Source of the DNA: Octopus sinensis | Taxonomy: Eukaryota | Direction: 5' to 3' | NCBI RefSeq assembly: GCF_006345805.1 | Contig: NC_042997.1 | Span: 149,916,001 to 149,980,000 of the forward strand | Length of the DNA: 64,000 nt | Shown: positions 24,832 to 37,966 of the stretch, in pieces | Layout of the letters: every line of letters begins with the position of its first letter | Numbering within the stretch: position 1 is the first letter of the stretch | Notes under the pieces: model-generated | The model's input: the letters and a program-made list of their open reading frames with translations, nothing else | Database searches by the model: none | What the model was told of the DNA's origin: nothing | Program-made: the position numbers and the translations under genes

Positions 24832-25274
24832 TATTCTTATACATATATACACACCTATACCCTTACATACTTGTATGAAATATATACGTATGTAATCATG
24901 TGTGTATATCTCTATACGTATATATATGTGTATGTATATACATATATGCATATATATATTATTTATATTATATTATATATATATGTATGTATGTATGTAT
25001 CTATATATGTATTATGTATGTATGCATATATCTTTATTCGAGCACGCGCGTGTGTATGGTCTATAAGATTGAATTCAAAATAAATATTTGGCTAGTTTAG
25101 TAATGTAAAACTTAATGTATACGTACATGTGTGTGTGTATGTATGTATGTATATATGTATGTGCACGCCCGAATGGGCCTGTTTGGACGGTGCTGCGTGC
25201 CTCTGCGTATGTGTGTGTATGTTTGCTACTTTGTGTCGTTGTGTAGAATATTTATTTATATTTATTCTAACCAG

Positions 25275-25390
25275 AGGAAAAACTAAGACCAAAAATTATG
25301 GCTATTGATTGATGCTGATGCTGTTGTCGCGGTTACTGCTTCCACTGAGGGTGTTGTTGCCGTCGCCGTTGTTGTTATCCATTGGCCTCA
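25275..25390 (+). other. candidate exon encoding a signal-peptide-like sequence
   Basis: Acceptor TTATTCTAACCAG, ATG at 25312, MLMLLSRLLLPLRVLLPSPLLLSIGL, phase-1 donor GTAAGC at 25391. No homology support. Confidence 0.2.
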
Positions 25391-25899
25391 GTAAGCCTTC
25401 TTTGAGTAAAATCATTATCAGACGCATCCACTTCAGACGTGATCTTCCAACTTATTTCTTATATGCAAGGAAAGCAGGAATACGTTGTAAAATGTCTCGT
25501 TTCTGAATAACAGCAGAAAGTGATTCAAAGAAGATTTGTCACTATTTCTAACACAGACGTAGTCCATTAATGTAGTCTGCCTCCATGCGCAACGTAAGAT
25601 TTGTTGTATGCTGTTTTGTATTTGTTTATAGTCTATTTGACTTGTTTGTGTGTGTGTGTGTGTGTGTGTGTGAGTGTGTGAAGCAAGTTTAGTAGCTTGA
25701 ACAGGACTTACATAATCCACATTAAACCTAATGTATTGACGATATTTTAATGTTGAGTCTTAACGTTGGCCCAGTTCGATCGTTCGTTATGTGCTATTAA
25801 TTCGTTTATGCACCATTTTTATTTATTTAGTTATTGCAATTTGCATATATTTTGAATCTTATATATTTGTCATGTTATAATTTTTAGCAGTTTGTTGTC

Positions 25900-27050
25900 A
25901 TGTGTGTAAGCCGTGTTTATTATTATTATTTTTTTTTCAGTGTGAGGTTTGGTTGTATGTGATAATCTCTGGTGTTTCTGGTAACAGTGTAGATTAAGGA
26001 GATGAATATTTAAATCTGTTGCGTGTGATCCGGGATTTTGTGTGATTATATTCGATTTGGAGTAGTTGCTAACCACGTCTAGGAAATCATGCGGTTGTGT
26101 AACTATGACATCATTTGCATATTTGGTGTGATTGATTTGTATAGATATGAGATCTTCATAGTTAAAAAATCCTGGATCTAACAGAGGATTTGGATTATAG
26201 CTGTGTCTATTCAGAGAAATGCAAATTTTTAAATGCGTTTTTGCAGTATAAAGTTATACTTAATTATCTGACTAATGGTTTGATAAATAGTGCTTAACGT
26301 CGATGTCAAAGGATATGGTTGGCATTTATGTATGACTGGATACTGGAAAGAGGAGGCGTTGTTTGCTGATATAGAGGGTAATATGTTGATGCTGAGATGA
26401 ATTAGTGATGTTGATAGGGCGTTGGAGACAATGACACACGGTATTTTTTCTGATTCTTTGCAAATCCTAACATGGCATGTGACCAACTTTTTCTTTCGCA
26501 ATCAGTAAAAGACAAACGAACTAGGAACTCTGAATTGGAGAAACTCTTAAAACATCGGGTGAGATGTTTTGTAATATCTGTTCTTTTTCTTTATATCATG
26601 AAATAAGTACGTGCGTCAAGACTGCTACCAAGTTATATCGGTCATAAAATGCCTGTTTTCCCTTGGACAAAATCGGTTGCATCTGCATTGAGATGAAACC
26701 TCTTTAAAAAGGCAACTAACGATTTAAAAAAACAATCAGAGATTGTCCTGGACTACGCATGTAAATGCATATGCATGATCAAATCTGTCCGAAGGCCGCT
26801 TTTATAAGAATGGTTCCTTGAATAGGGAGTTAATCCAAGTTGTGAGAAACAGAAAGAAATGTATACACAATGTCATGTACTGTTATTCTTATATTTTTGA
26901 AAGTACACGTACGAAAGTGATTTGTAAATATGACGCTGATGCAGTTTCGTTTTACGATTATGATGCTTTTGCAGTTTTCAGAAAATAAGAATTCAATGGT
27001 GTTGATACAGGCATCAGATGATTCTAGTAAGTGCAAGGATTCTTCTAGGC
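25900..27050 (-). mobile_element. highly decayed CR1/L2-clade LINE RT relic
   Basis: Correctly ordered degenerate motifs on the minus strand: HLLESSD.. (LLESLxDW), AKA-S-V (KAFDSV), GVP-GS (GVPQGS), FAKNQKKY (FADDTKxY), LNLHCYQKHQR (LxLxSLxxRRxR). Confidence 0.4.
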
Positions 27051-27368
27051 CCTGATTTGGTTTAGGATTGTTTCATTACTCTCTGCTGTGTTTCATTTAT
27101 TTATTTTCATGGAAAGAAGGAAAGAAGGAAGGAAGGAAGGAATCAAAGTTTTGTTATCCACAATATTATGTTCCAGTTTCTGTTAATTCTTGTTTTTCAA
27201 GTGTTTGATAAATAATTTTTGTGTAGCCAACCTTGGAATTATTATTTTGTGCACCGTTTTGCTGCTTGAAGTATGATTCCTATCAGATGCAGATATTTTC
27301 TTTTGCTTTTCTGCTTGGCTTCATTCCTTATATTTCATTCTTTAGTTAATGATCTTCATACACACACA

Positions 27369-27423
<55 letters not shown>

Positions 27424-27615
27424 ACACACACACGCACACACACATACACACACAGGTGTAAATGTAAGAACAAGTAAGTTTGTGAAGTAGATATATAAAA
27501 AATGTTTTATACATTCAATACAAAGAACGTACATACGTATTCATAATAAAGAAGTCTGACTTACACAGACTGGCAAAGATATCAGGTATTAAAGGGGTTG
27601 AGAACGTTTTTACGA

Positions 27616-27708
27616 GTCCGAAAGCTTTTTCTGGGAGCTTGGTCGTCCAAAATAATGCTTGTAACTTGATTCCATCATCGGATACCACCAGCCTCCGTCG
27701 TCAGGGAA
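27616..27708 (-). ncRNA. type I hammerhead with large helix-II insertion (family J)
   Basis: TTCC CTGACGA CGG...CCA GAA AAAGCTTT C GGAC: palindromic helix III, short helix I TCC/GGA. Degenerate sister copy at 29159-29247 (+). Confidence 0.55.
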
Positions 27709-28329
27709 GAATCTCACATTTGAGGTGTTGACAGAATGGAAATTAAAGAGGGAATGATTTTGTGGAGAAAAAGTGTATTAGAAAGAGGAGTTGGAGATGT
27801 TTAGATAGTGAGTAGTGGGAGGAGAAAATAGATCTTGGGGTTAGGGTTATTAATGAGGTGCGTGAGAGAAGAAGTGGAAGGTGAGAGGAAGGGGGAGGGT
27901 GGTTTAAATAGTATGTGAAAGGTAAACTTTGTATTAGTTTGTATGAAGTCTATAGAGTTAAAGGTTGAGTGAAATAAGTTGACTGATACAGTAACTGGGG
28001 GCGAGAAGGGGGTCAAAAGTAGTCATTAGTGGGACAAAGGAATTGGGAGGGTACAGAATGGGTGGGGAGTTATGGTCAATAGAGGAGTATGGGATTGAAT
28101 AGTGGGGTGGGAGTAGGGTTGATATAGAGGTAGATTGGTCAGTTGGCGTATTATGTACTTTTTGAGAGTGGGGAGGGTGGGAAGGCTAAGAGGGAAGTGT
28201 GAAGTAGTTGATTTGAAGAAAGTGGAAGAAACAGATGTATGTAAGAGAGAGAGAGTAGAAGGCGGGGTTTAGTATTTTTTAAGTAGTGCAGGGTTGAGTT
28301 TGTCTTGTTTAAAGGTGTTTAGAGGTATG

Positions 28330-29090
28330 AAAACTTATTATGGGATTATATGGATTTGGTAAAGTGCGTGACAGATGAGTAGAACCTATGTCTAGAAGAA
28401 TAAATAACATCAGAGAATCTATTAAGTAATGAGGAGTTATCAAGATGGGGAATGGTTAATGATTCTTTTAGACATAACTTACAATTGCCGGTGTTTGCAA
28501 GTATGGTGGAGTTTCGCATATTGCAGACCAGGATAGGGTGTATGGAATATTTGGGCATTGGAGGTTGTATATATACGTTGCGAAGGAGGTTGAGAATTTA
28601 GTATTTGGATTGGTGAAGATTTCATGTGTGTACGGTAGCGGCACTTGAAATTTACAGTGCCACCAATATTTACCCTTGCTTGATGGGAGCGTGGTGTTAA
28701 TGTGGGGCATAGATCCTATTTATGCGTGGACAAGAACCTCCAATAGGACGTAATTGAGATACGTGACAATTACAAATTTCGTACCTGCTCCGTGATGGGG
28801 ACTTACAACTAGTGAAGTTGAGCTCAGTCGGTTCATTAAGTGGGGGAGAACCAGAAGTGTGATCTGCATTTGTATTGGGTTGGGAGGTGGTATTGCAGCT
28901 AGTATTTGTTGTCACGTAGGTAGGATTGTAAAATGGTTGTTTGAATCTAATATTATCTAATTGAGGGGCTTTTATTAAGGGTTGTGTTATAGCTACTATG
29001 TGGTGCAGTGGGTGTGTTTAACATGGGGTGCAGTGTGAGAGGTTAAGTGTTCAGAGGATTGGTATTGGAGATTGCATTTCTTTCAAGAGG
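28330..29090 (-). pseudogene. Penelope GIY-YIG endonuclease remnant (frameshifted)
   Basis: CNCHVSQLRPIGGSCPRINRIYA (CNC..CPL.G.C..IY), HEIFTNPNTKFSTSFATYIYNLQ, KYSIHPIL..GNCKLCLKESLTI..LLNRFSDVIYSSRH. Confidence 0.8.
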
Positions 29091-29474
29091 CGATTATTGA
29101 TCCTGAATTAGTTCCCCACAAAATAATTCCATCTATCAATAATTCAAAGGTAAATTTCTTCCCTGAAGACGGTGACTGCTGGTGTCCGATGATGGAATCA
29201 AGGCATTATTTTGGATCACCAAGTACCCCACCAAACAACTGTTGAACTCGTAACCTCGTACTCAAACCCCTTAATTCCTACTATAATTTCCATTCACTGT
29301 AAATCAGACTTCTTTTGTATTAATACATATATACACTCTTTGTGTTAAATGTATTTCACATGTTTTACATATCAAATTGACTAATTTTTTTGTCATTACA
29401 TTTACTCCTCTATCTGGTCATGTTGAAATCTCTTGAGCACCACGAAGTGTATTCTAAACAGAGAAAACCTGTAT

Positions 29475-29630
29475 CGTGGCTGAGTGGTAAGTAGCTTGTT
29501 TACAAACCACATGGTTTCGGGTTCAGTCCCACTGCGTGGCACCTTGGGCATTTGTCTTCTCCTATAGCCTCGGGCCGACCAAAGCCTTGTTAGTGGATTT
29601 GGTAAACGGAAACTGAAAGAAGCCCGTCGT

Positions 29631-29690
<60 letters not shown>

Positions 29691-29912
29691 ATGTGTATAT
29701 TTTTGTTTGTCTGTGATTGCTCCCCCCCCTATCGCTTGACAACAGATGTTGGTGTGTTTACGTCCCCGTAACATAGCTTTTCGGCAAAAAAGGCCGATAG
29801 AATAAGTACTAGGCTTACAAAGAATAAATCCTGGGGTCAATGTGTTCGACTAAGGGCGGTGCTCCAGCATGGTCGCAGTCAAATGATAGAAACAACTTAG
29901 AGAATAAAAGAA
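29475..29912 (+). mobile_element. abundant tRNA-derived SINE
   Basis: Matches 32399-32812 along its length. Confidence 0.9.
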
Positions 29913-29962
29913 TATATATATATTTATATATAAACAAGCACACACACTTACAGACACACACA

Positions 29963-30052
<90 letters not shown>

Positions 30053-31338
30053 TAGATATAAATCTGTTACTATTGTGTAGTACGTAGCTATTTCATAATC
30101 TACTCTGCTTTCTGTATTGAATAACTTTTATAAGTGAATTGTACTATATAATTTTTTTCTACTTTTCTTTGCATTTTTTTCTGTTCTGTACTTCTAGCTT
30201 CAAGCTGGCACTGGTTTTTACTAGGTTGAATATTTTAGTTAGATAATTAAGGTGGTATTTTAAATTTAACTTTTTTGAGATAGGTCTTTTGAAATCCTGT
30301 GGGAATATTTTGTTTCAATGAATGTACTGCAGAATCGATTTTGGTGGTTCTATTGTTGTTGATTTCTGAGAATTTTACTTCTGTCTCTTGGTAAAAGATA
30401 TTCCACTGGGCAATTTAAGTTTTTTAAGTTTTGAAAATACTTTGGTTTTTGTTTATTGATGTATTAATATAGTAAAATTTTGATAGACAGGTTGTCGAAG
30501 GGGGGAGAGATGGCGTATTGTTTATTGTATGCTTATAGTGAATAAATGAGTGCAGTAGAAAGTGATCTCTAGAGAGCAAGATATTGTTTTTTTTTTGTTT
30601 CTCGAAGTTACCTTAGGGAGATGTTTGTTATATTTTGTTTTGGAGTGGTGAGGGCAGTGGTGGTTATTATAGACTTCGATGTTTCAATTATCGTATTACT
30701 GTATCAAATCTATCATTCGAAAGCTTTTTGTGTTATGTGCATTTGATAGAGTGTTAAGTTATAGTAGCTGAGACATTCATCAAAGTAGAGGCAAAATGTA
30801 TTTCGACAAAATGGACGGCATATATTATTATCGTTGTATAAAATTCTATATTATATATTACTATACGTAAATTCAGGTTAGTTAAAATATGTTTGTGATA
30901 AATTTCATCTGCTACAAGGCAGATTCACTGCAATTACAGAGGGGAAGAAATCTTTGACTTATTATCAAAAGGTATAAAAACACTATTAATATATTACAGA
31001 TTATCAGAAAGTAAACGATAATTTGAGAAGTGACGGTGGTGACCTTAAGTGCAGGCTATATCAGAGACCTGTGTTACCCTGGTAATACTATAAATTTAAA
31101 CTGAAATTAATCGAATATTTTCAGAAGAGAATCAAAACTCTGAAAGCAGAGAACTAAAATGCTTTTATAAACAGAATCAGTTCTACTTTCCACTCTATGG
31201 TATATGTTTTTATTTGATTGCATTTGCTTGTATCACTTACATATAGGTGTGTTCAATTAGTGTCCGAGGGTTGTTCTCAGTATCCACAGATGATGAAATA
31301 TTTAATGTATACTATTAAACAGACTGATGTTGGATCTT

Positions 31339-31420
<82 letters not shown>

Positions 31421-32398
31421 TATATATACATATATATATATACATATATATATGCATATATGAATGTATATATGTATATATATATATGTGTGTGTGTGTG
31501 TATACATGTATATCTGTGTGTGCGCGTGTCATGGGCGTGAGATGGTTGCCAGAAGCGTTTAAGAAAATGAGTTTCATTATTGATGACATGGAGAAGAATT
31601 TTCGGAAAAGGAAAGAATAATTTCCGTTCACATGGTAACTGTTGTGCTTGGCTAAATGAACGCGGATAAACTTTCCGCAGAATGCGTTGCTGAACGGAAA
31701 TAGTGATTTGCTACTGACAGTTGTCTCCCCTGACAGTCATCAATTTTATACACCTAATTAGCATGTACCAGCACACAATCTGGCCAAACAAAAAGCTCAA
31801 GCACTAAGTATAGAAGCAGTAATATATTGACCTGTAAACTTTAAACATTGTTTTACGTGTGCTAATAAAGTGATTCATAAAACTGAAAGGAAAATAGAGA
31901 GAGAGAGAGAGAGAGAGTTAAACAAACATATACATATTAAATAATGTACACATACACAAAGTTGCAGCACACAAATACATATGAATAACCAGAAATACAA
32001 TCGGCTCAAGAAACTCTTTTATTTTCATATAAATTCTGATTTTATACATAATATATATGTTTTATTTATTTCAGAGTTACTATCTTCTCGGCGAAGAGCA
32101 TAAACTCGAGATTTGAATGATAATCTTAATTCCATTTCTTGAACTTCAATCTATTAACTATAACGTTCTTACTTGTTTTTCATGTTCCTGTTACTTTGTC
32201 CTCAAATTTGCACACGTATATCTGTGTGTGTGTGTTTGTGCATGTATGTAGGTTCGTGTGTGGTGTGTGTCTTCATATGTGTGTATTTGCGTGTGTCTGC
32301 GTGAGTTATGTGTGAGCGTGTGCGTATGTGCATATGTCTTTATATACGATGAGAAAGAAGATATCAGTAACTTTAACTATTTATCTCTGTATTTGTGT

Positions 32399-32812
32399 GT
32401 AGGCGCAGGAGTGGCTGTGTGGTAAGTAGCTTGCTAACCAACCACATGGTTCCGGGTTCAGTCCCACTGCGTGGCATCTTGGGCGAGTGTCTACTGCTAT
32501 AGCCTCGGGCCGACCAAAAGCCTTGTGAGTGGATTTGGTAGACGGAAACTGAAAGAAGCCTGTCGTATATATGTATATATGTATATATATATGTGTGTGT
32601 GTATGTGTTTGTGTGTTTGTCCCCTTAGCATTGCTTGACAACCGATGCTGGTGTGTTTACGTCCCCGTCACTTAGCGGTTCGGCAAAAGAGACCGATAGA
32701 ATAAGTACTGGGCTTACAAAGAATAAGTCCCGGGGTCGATTTGCTCGACTAAAGGCGGTGCTCCAGCATGGCCGCAGTCAAATGACTGAAACAAGTAAAA
32801 AGAAAAAGAAAA
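32399..32812 (+). mobile_element. abundant tRNA-derived SINE, full length (CORE-like CTTGGGC segment, internal TA/TG microsatellite)
   Basis: A box TGGCTGTGTGGT, B box GGTTCAGTCCC, A-rich tail; at least eight related copies in the window. Confidence 0.9.
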
Positions 32813-34305
32813 AATATATATTTCTTTACTACCCACAAGGGACAGTGTGTATATATATATATGTGTGTGTGTGTGTGTGCGTGCGTATTGAAAGAAATGG
32901 TAAGACAACAAAAGAATGAAAGAGACACTATTTTATCTTAATATATATATATTATGTATGCAAATATTTATATGCCCATCCATATATATACATATACATA
33001 TATCTTCATGCCGAGTTTAGCCTGAACACATTGTATGTGTGCGCGTTTTTGTGTGTCTTAGTGTGTGTGTCTGTGTGTCTGTGTGCGCGTGTGTACACAC
33101 ATGTGTGTGTGTATGTGTTTCTGTGTGTGCGTGTGTGCACGTGTGTAAATGTGTGTGTGTGTGTGCGTGCGTACATATATATCACTCATTCAATATACCT
33201 TCATTTTCTTGACACTCACCGTTTCACTCTCTTCTGAGTATTTTAACCCTCACTCATTCTCTTCTTTCCCCCATCTCTTTGCTTTTTCTTTCTGTCTTTC
33301 TTTACATCCACCATTTCTCTAACATCCAAAGAATAATGTGTCAGTATTTGATTTTCAAAGAAAGAAAACATGAAAGTATATGGCTCAAATTCTTTGAAAC
33401 AACAAAGTAAGATCAAATCTTTTGGGGAAATATAAAAACAACAAACAAACAAACAATAAAAAAGCAAACAGACATCTTCATCAACAATCTGGAGAAAAAA
33501 ATGTGCCTACTCATAATTTAAATCATACTTCTTCACACACAAACGTATACACACCTACTCAGAAACTGAGATAATCTTTGACACGTACAAACAAGCTTAT
33601 TCTCCAAGGCACACAAAATAACATACTCAACAACGTACACGTAGAGATGCAAACTTACATATATAATTTGATTATATATAGAGATATATATCCGGAAGCC
33701 AATGAGAGAACATTCGCCTACAAAAAATATAGCAATCTAATCACTCTCTGATCAACCATACTGCAGTTTAATATGTTCTATGGCATAGTGTCTTTCAATG
33801 AACAGTATCACCGTATCACAATAGAGGTATATAGAGGGAGAGGTTATTCCTAGACCTTTTCCATCAGGATTGATCTTGGGCTAAAGACAATCACACACCA
33901 TATGTATATCTATATATACATGCATGTGCGTTAGTGCGTATGTGTATGCGCGTGTCTTTGATACATACATACATACATACATAATACATACATTCATCAC
34001 TACATCGACCAGACTACACAAAATCTTTAGACATCGCTTGTCACAAATGTGCTTCATTGCATTGGTGTAGCTTTCACACCATGCAACCCTGCTCTTTATA
34101 ACCATTTACAGTTTTGTAGACAGAAGCAACGTTAAATGAAGTGCTTAGCCGAATAGCACAACGCCCTGTCGGTCTGATTATCGAAACTACGGTCTTGCGA
34201 TTGTGTCTGCAACACCATAACAGCCAGGACATGGGCCTTCACAGACACATATACATACATACACGTACACACTCAGAAATATATACTTTCAAGTGCCTAT
34301 ATATT

Positions 34306-34421
<116 letters not shown>

Positions 34422-34596
34422 GCAAATATACACCTACATATACATATATATATTTGTATGTATGAGTGTGTGTGTGTGACCGTATGCGTATGCGTGTTTG
34501 TGCGTGTGTGTCAATTAGAATATATGTAAAAATGAAGATGTTAATTTGTCGTTGTGCATGTAAATAACAAAAGATTACCTTTTAAGTGTGTATGTA

Positions 34597-34638
<42 letters not shown>

Positions 34639-34654
34639 TATATATATAACATGA

Positions 34655-35071
34655 GAATTATATATAACAAAGGCAATTTATTTTTAAGTACCCAGCTTTG
34701 CTAAAAATTGGTAGTCAAAACAGTTCGAAGCCACAAGAATTAATTTTAGATTTTCACAGGCATGATGCGGGGTGGAGTGGGGGGACTAGGTGAAATAAGG
34801 ATTGCGTCTTACCTCAGCAAAATAGCAAGAAGGAATATCAGTTAATTTGATATCATGAGTTTGAATTTAGCACCAAAAGACACTCAATTTTCATCAGTCA
34901 AATCTACAAGTTACAAACACATATATCACTTCTACCGATTCTTGTGTTCGTTTCAGTGCGCAAGCCGCATTGCGAAAAACGAACTAAGTGAATACAATTT
35001 TTTAGAAATATAGAAAGAACATACGAGATATTAATGTTAGTGGCCGCAAGCTAAAACCGAATAGGCAAAAT

Positions 35072-35105
<34 letters not shown>

Positions 35106-35855
35106 GAATTATATATAACAAGGGTGTTTTCTTAAAAAACACCGGCTTTGATAAAAAATTAGGAGTCAAAACCCTCCGAAGCCACAAATATTAATACTAT
35201 ATATTCAGAGGCATTGTTGGTCCCAAAAAAAAAAAAAAAAAACTCAGTAGGATATGGATTGAGTCTTACCTCTTCAAAATTACATGAAGGAATGTCATGA
35301 TTTCGAATTTAGCGCCAAAACACGGCTGATTGACCTCAGCCAAGTCTACTAGTAACAAACTCTTATATATCACTTCAATGACTGTTCGTTTGAGTGCCCA
35401 AGCCACATTGAGAAAACGAAATAAGTGAATAGCAACTTTTGGAAAATATATAAAGAATAGTGATACTCACCTATTTCGTTTTTCTCGGTACAGCTTGGAA
35501 ACTGAAACGTACACGGGCATTGGTTGAAGGGATATATAAGAGATTGTTACTCGTAGACTTGGCTGAGCAGAATCAAGCGAGTTTCGGCGATAAATTCGAA
35601 ACCATGAAATCAAATTGACTGACGTTCCATCTTTCAGTATTGCAGAGGTAAGACGCAATCCCTATTTCGCATTTTTTTTTCAAACCATATCTGAGAAAAT
35701 ATAGTGTTGCTGTTTGTGGCTTCGGAGTGTTTTGACTCCTAATTGTTAGCAAAGCTGGTGGTTTTTTTTAAAGCGCCCTTGATATGTATAATTCATATAT
35801 ATATATATATAAATTTTGCCAATATGGCTTTAGCTTGCTGCCACTAACATTAATA
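34655..35855. mobile_element. ~450-bp hammerhead-bearing tandem repeat (family I): two direct units and one inverted unit
   Basis: Units start at 34655 and 35106 (period 451); the inverted unit spans 35467-35855. Hammerhead remnants at 34845-34903 (-), 35293-35346 (-) and 35557-35615 (+). Confidence 0.75.
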
Positions 35856-36129
35856 ACTGTGATGAGTATTAATGGTCTTTATATATGTATATATATATAT
35901 ACATATATTAAATTCATTTAAGGTAACGTTAAGGTTATGCAATAAAGCTCCTATTTCGTTATGCCAGCTATCGTCTAACGATACTGACTAGAGATAATAC
36001 AGATTATACGGTATCATTCCCAAGGATACCGACTCCGGTGTCAAAATCATGGGATTTCTGGAAACTTACGTAGCGATATATTAAATATTCATAAATTCCA
36101 TCCTAGAATTATTATTATTATTATTGTTT

Positions 36130-36191
<62 letters not shown>

Positions 36192-36215
36192 CTCTGATCT
36201 CTCTCTCTCTCTCTA

Positions 36216-36250
<35 letters not shown>

Positions 36251-37408
36251 CAAGTAAGAGGGGTCATGCAAGCTATTGAAAACATGTTTATGTGTCCCCT
36301 GTAATTTTTTGTACATGTGTATGTGTGTTTATTTGACCATCGGTCATTGATGTAGTTGATACCTGACCACTAGGCAGACAGTCTGGCAGACTAGTGTAAT
36401 TGGGTGGATCGCAGACTTTCGGAAAAATATAAAGTTGTATATCTGTTGAACGAGTATACTTTAAGAACCATAAGACATGAATGAAGAAAAAAGATATATA
36501 ATTTCTCCGGCTGATGTAAAAATTGCTAACAAGTCAATAATTTATTAAGCACTTGAAAACATAAAACTTTTTCTGTATTTTTTTCTATTTTTCTTCTTCC
36601 ACGGCCGTTATTCCTCGCCAGTGGTTTCTCTGATTTATAATGTGTAAATGTGACCCTATAACGACATCAAGCTCGGTGTATATATAAATTCTAGATACTT
36701 AAAGTTCGTTCAGAAAATGTATTTTATACTTAATTCTGATGAGTCAAATTTAGCACAGTTACATCAGAGAATAATCAATAATTACATAATATATTATTTT
36801 ATAAGAAGATTAATGAGATCAAATTCACAGGAATCAATTTTAAATTGATGTTTTAAAAGGAATTGTTCTCTCCATTTTCCTTGTTTATTTTTTTATGTGT
36901 GTGTGAAAGAGAGAGAGAAATAGTGTCTGAGTGTGAGTATGCATGTATGTATAGATGCATGCACACAGTTACATGCATATGTTTAGAGATAGATAAAGAA
37001 AGAAACTGACTCATATTGCATATACATATATATTTACAGATAAACGCATCCAATTGATAATAGGTAATTTGTTTCGCTGCTCATATTTTTCAAAAGTTCT
37101 CTGTCTATCGGTCTGTCTGTCCGTCTCTGTCTCTCTCCAGCACTCTTTCTGTCTTCATATGTGTCCAGTGTAGTTCAAATGTAATCTGCAAAAGTTACAT
37201 GAATAAAGTTCGGGAAATAATAAACGCCGCAACACCTACTTTGAATTTCTTCTAAATTCAATACACCCATTCATTTTCAAATGTCATATTATCTGTCTGA
37301 TGATTCCCCACACTCATTTAACAAACTCAGACTTCTTTCTTTTACTTGCTGATGATGCTGTTTTGTATTTAAGACCCAAATCACTTCTGGATCAGTAGAT
37401 GATGGTTA

Positions 37409-37657
37409 GTGGAGGCGCGTGGCTTAGTGGTTAGAGTGTCAGCATCATGATCGTAAGATTGTGGTTTCGACTCCTGGCTTGGGCGACGCGTTGTGTTCTT
37501 GGGTAAAACACTTCATTTCACGTTGCCCCAGTCCGCTCAGCTGGCAAAAGTGAGTAACGCTGCAATGGACTGGCGTCCCATCCAGCTGGGAAACACATAC
37601 GCCATTGAAACCGGGAAACCGGGCCCATTTCCCTGGCTAGGCTTTAAACGGGCGCAA
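37409..37657 (+). mobile_element. tRNA-derived SINE (CORE-like middle, V-like tail)
   Basis: A box TGGCTTAGTGG, B box GGTTTCGACTCC, TGTGTTCTTGGGTAAAACACTT, tail GTAACGCTGCAATGGACTGGCGTCCC. Confidence 0.85.
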
Positions 37658-37966
37658 GTGGAGGCGCAATGGCCCAGTGGCTAGGGCAGCGGACTCGCGA
37701 TCGGAGGATCGCGGTTTCGATTCCCAGACCGGGCGCTGTGTGTGTTTATTGAGCGAAAACACCTAAAAGCTCCACGACACTCCGGCAGGGGGCAGTGGTG
37801 ATCCCTGTTGTAATCTTTCGCCACAACTTTCTCTCACGCTCTTTTCTTGCATCTTGGGTAACGCTGCGATGGACCGGCGTCCCGTCCAGCTGGGGGGAGC
37901 ACATACTCCACAGAAACCGGGAAACCGGGCCCATGAGCCTGGCTATGCTTGAAAAAGGCGAAAAAT
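37658..37966 (+). mobile_element. related tRNA-derived SINE with a different middle and the same tail
   Basis: A box TGGCCCAGTGG, B box GGTTTCGATTCC, tail GTAACGCTGCGATGGACCGGCGTCCC..GAAACCGGGAAACCGGGCCC. Confidence 0.85.

Larger units (their letters stand above)
27545..29322 (-). mobile_element. Penelope-like element 3' part with inverted pseudo-LTRs
   Basis: Arms 27545-27712 and 29155-29322 are diverged reverse complements flanking a GIY-YIG-type coding relic and a pyrimidine-rich 3' UTR. Confidence 0.8.

Noticed and set aside
33681-33705. Adjacent ETS (CCGGAAG) and CCAAT motifs as a promoter
   Set aside because: Two short motifs without a CpG-rich region or a downstream exon.
36726-36770. 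CTGATGAG at 36728, and similar words at ~40135 and ~60720, as hammerheads
   Set aside because: No correctly placed GAAA, helix III or helix I partner.
37409-37730. tRNA genes
   Set aside because: A and B boxes are present, but the sequences run into SINE bodies and lack a pairing acceptor stem.
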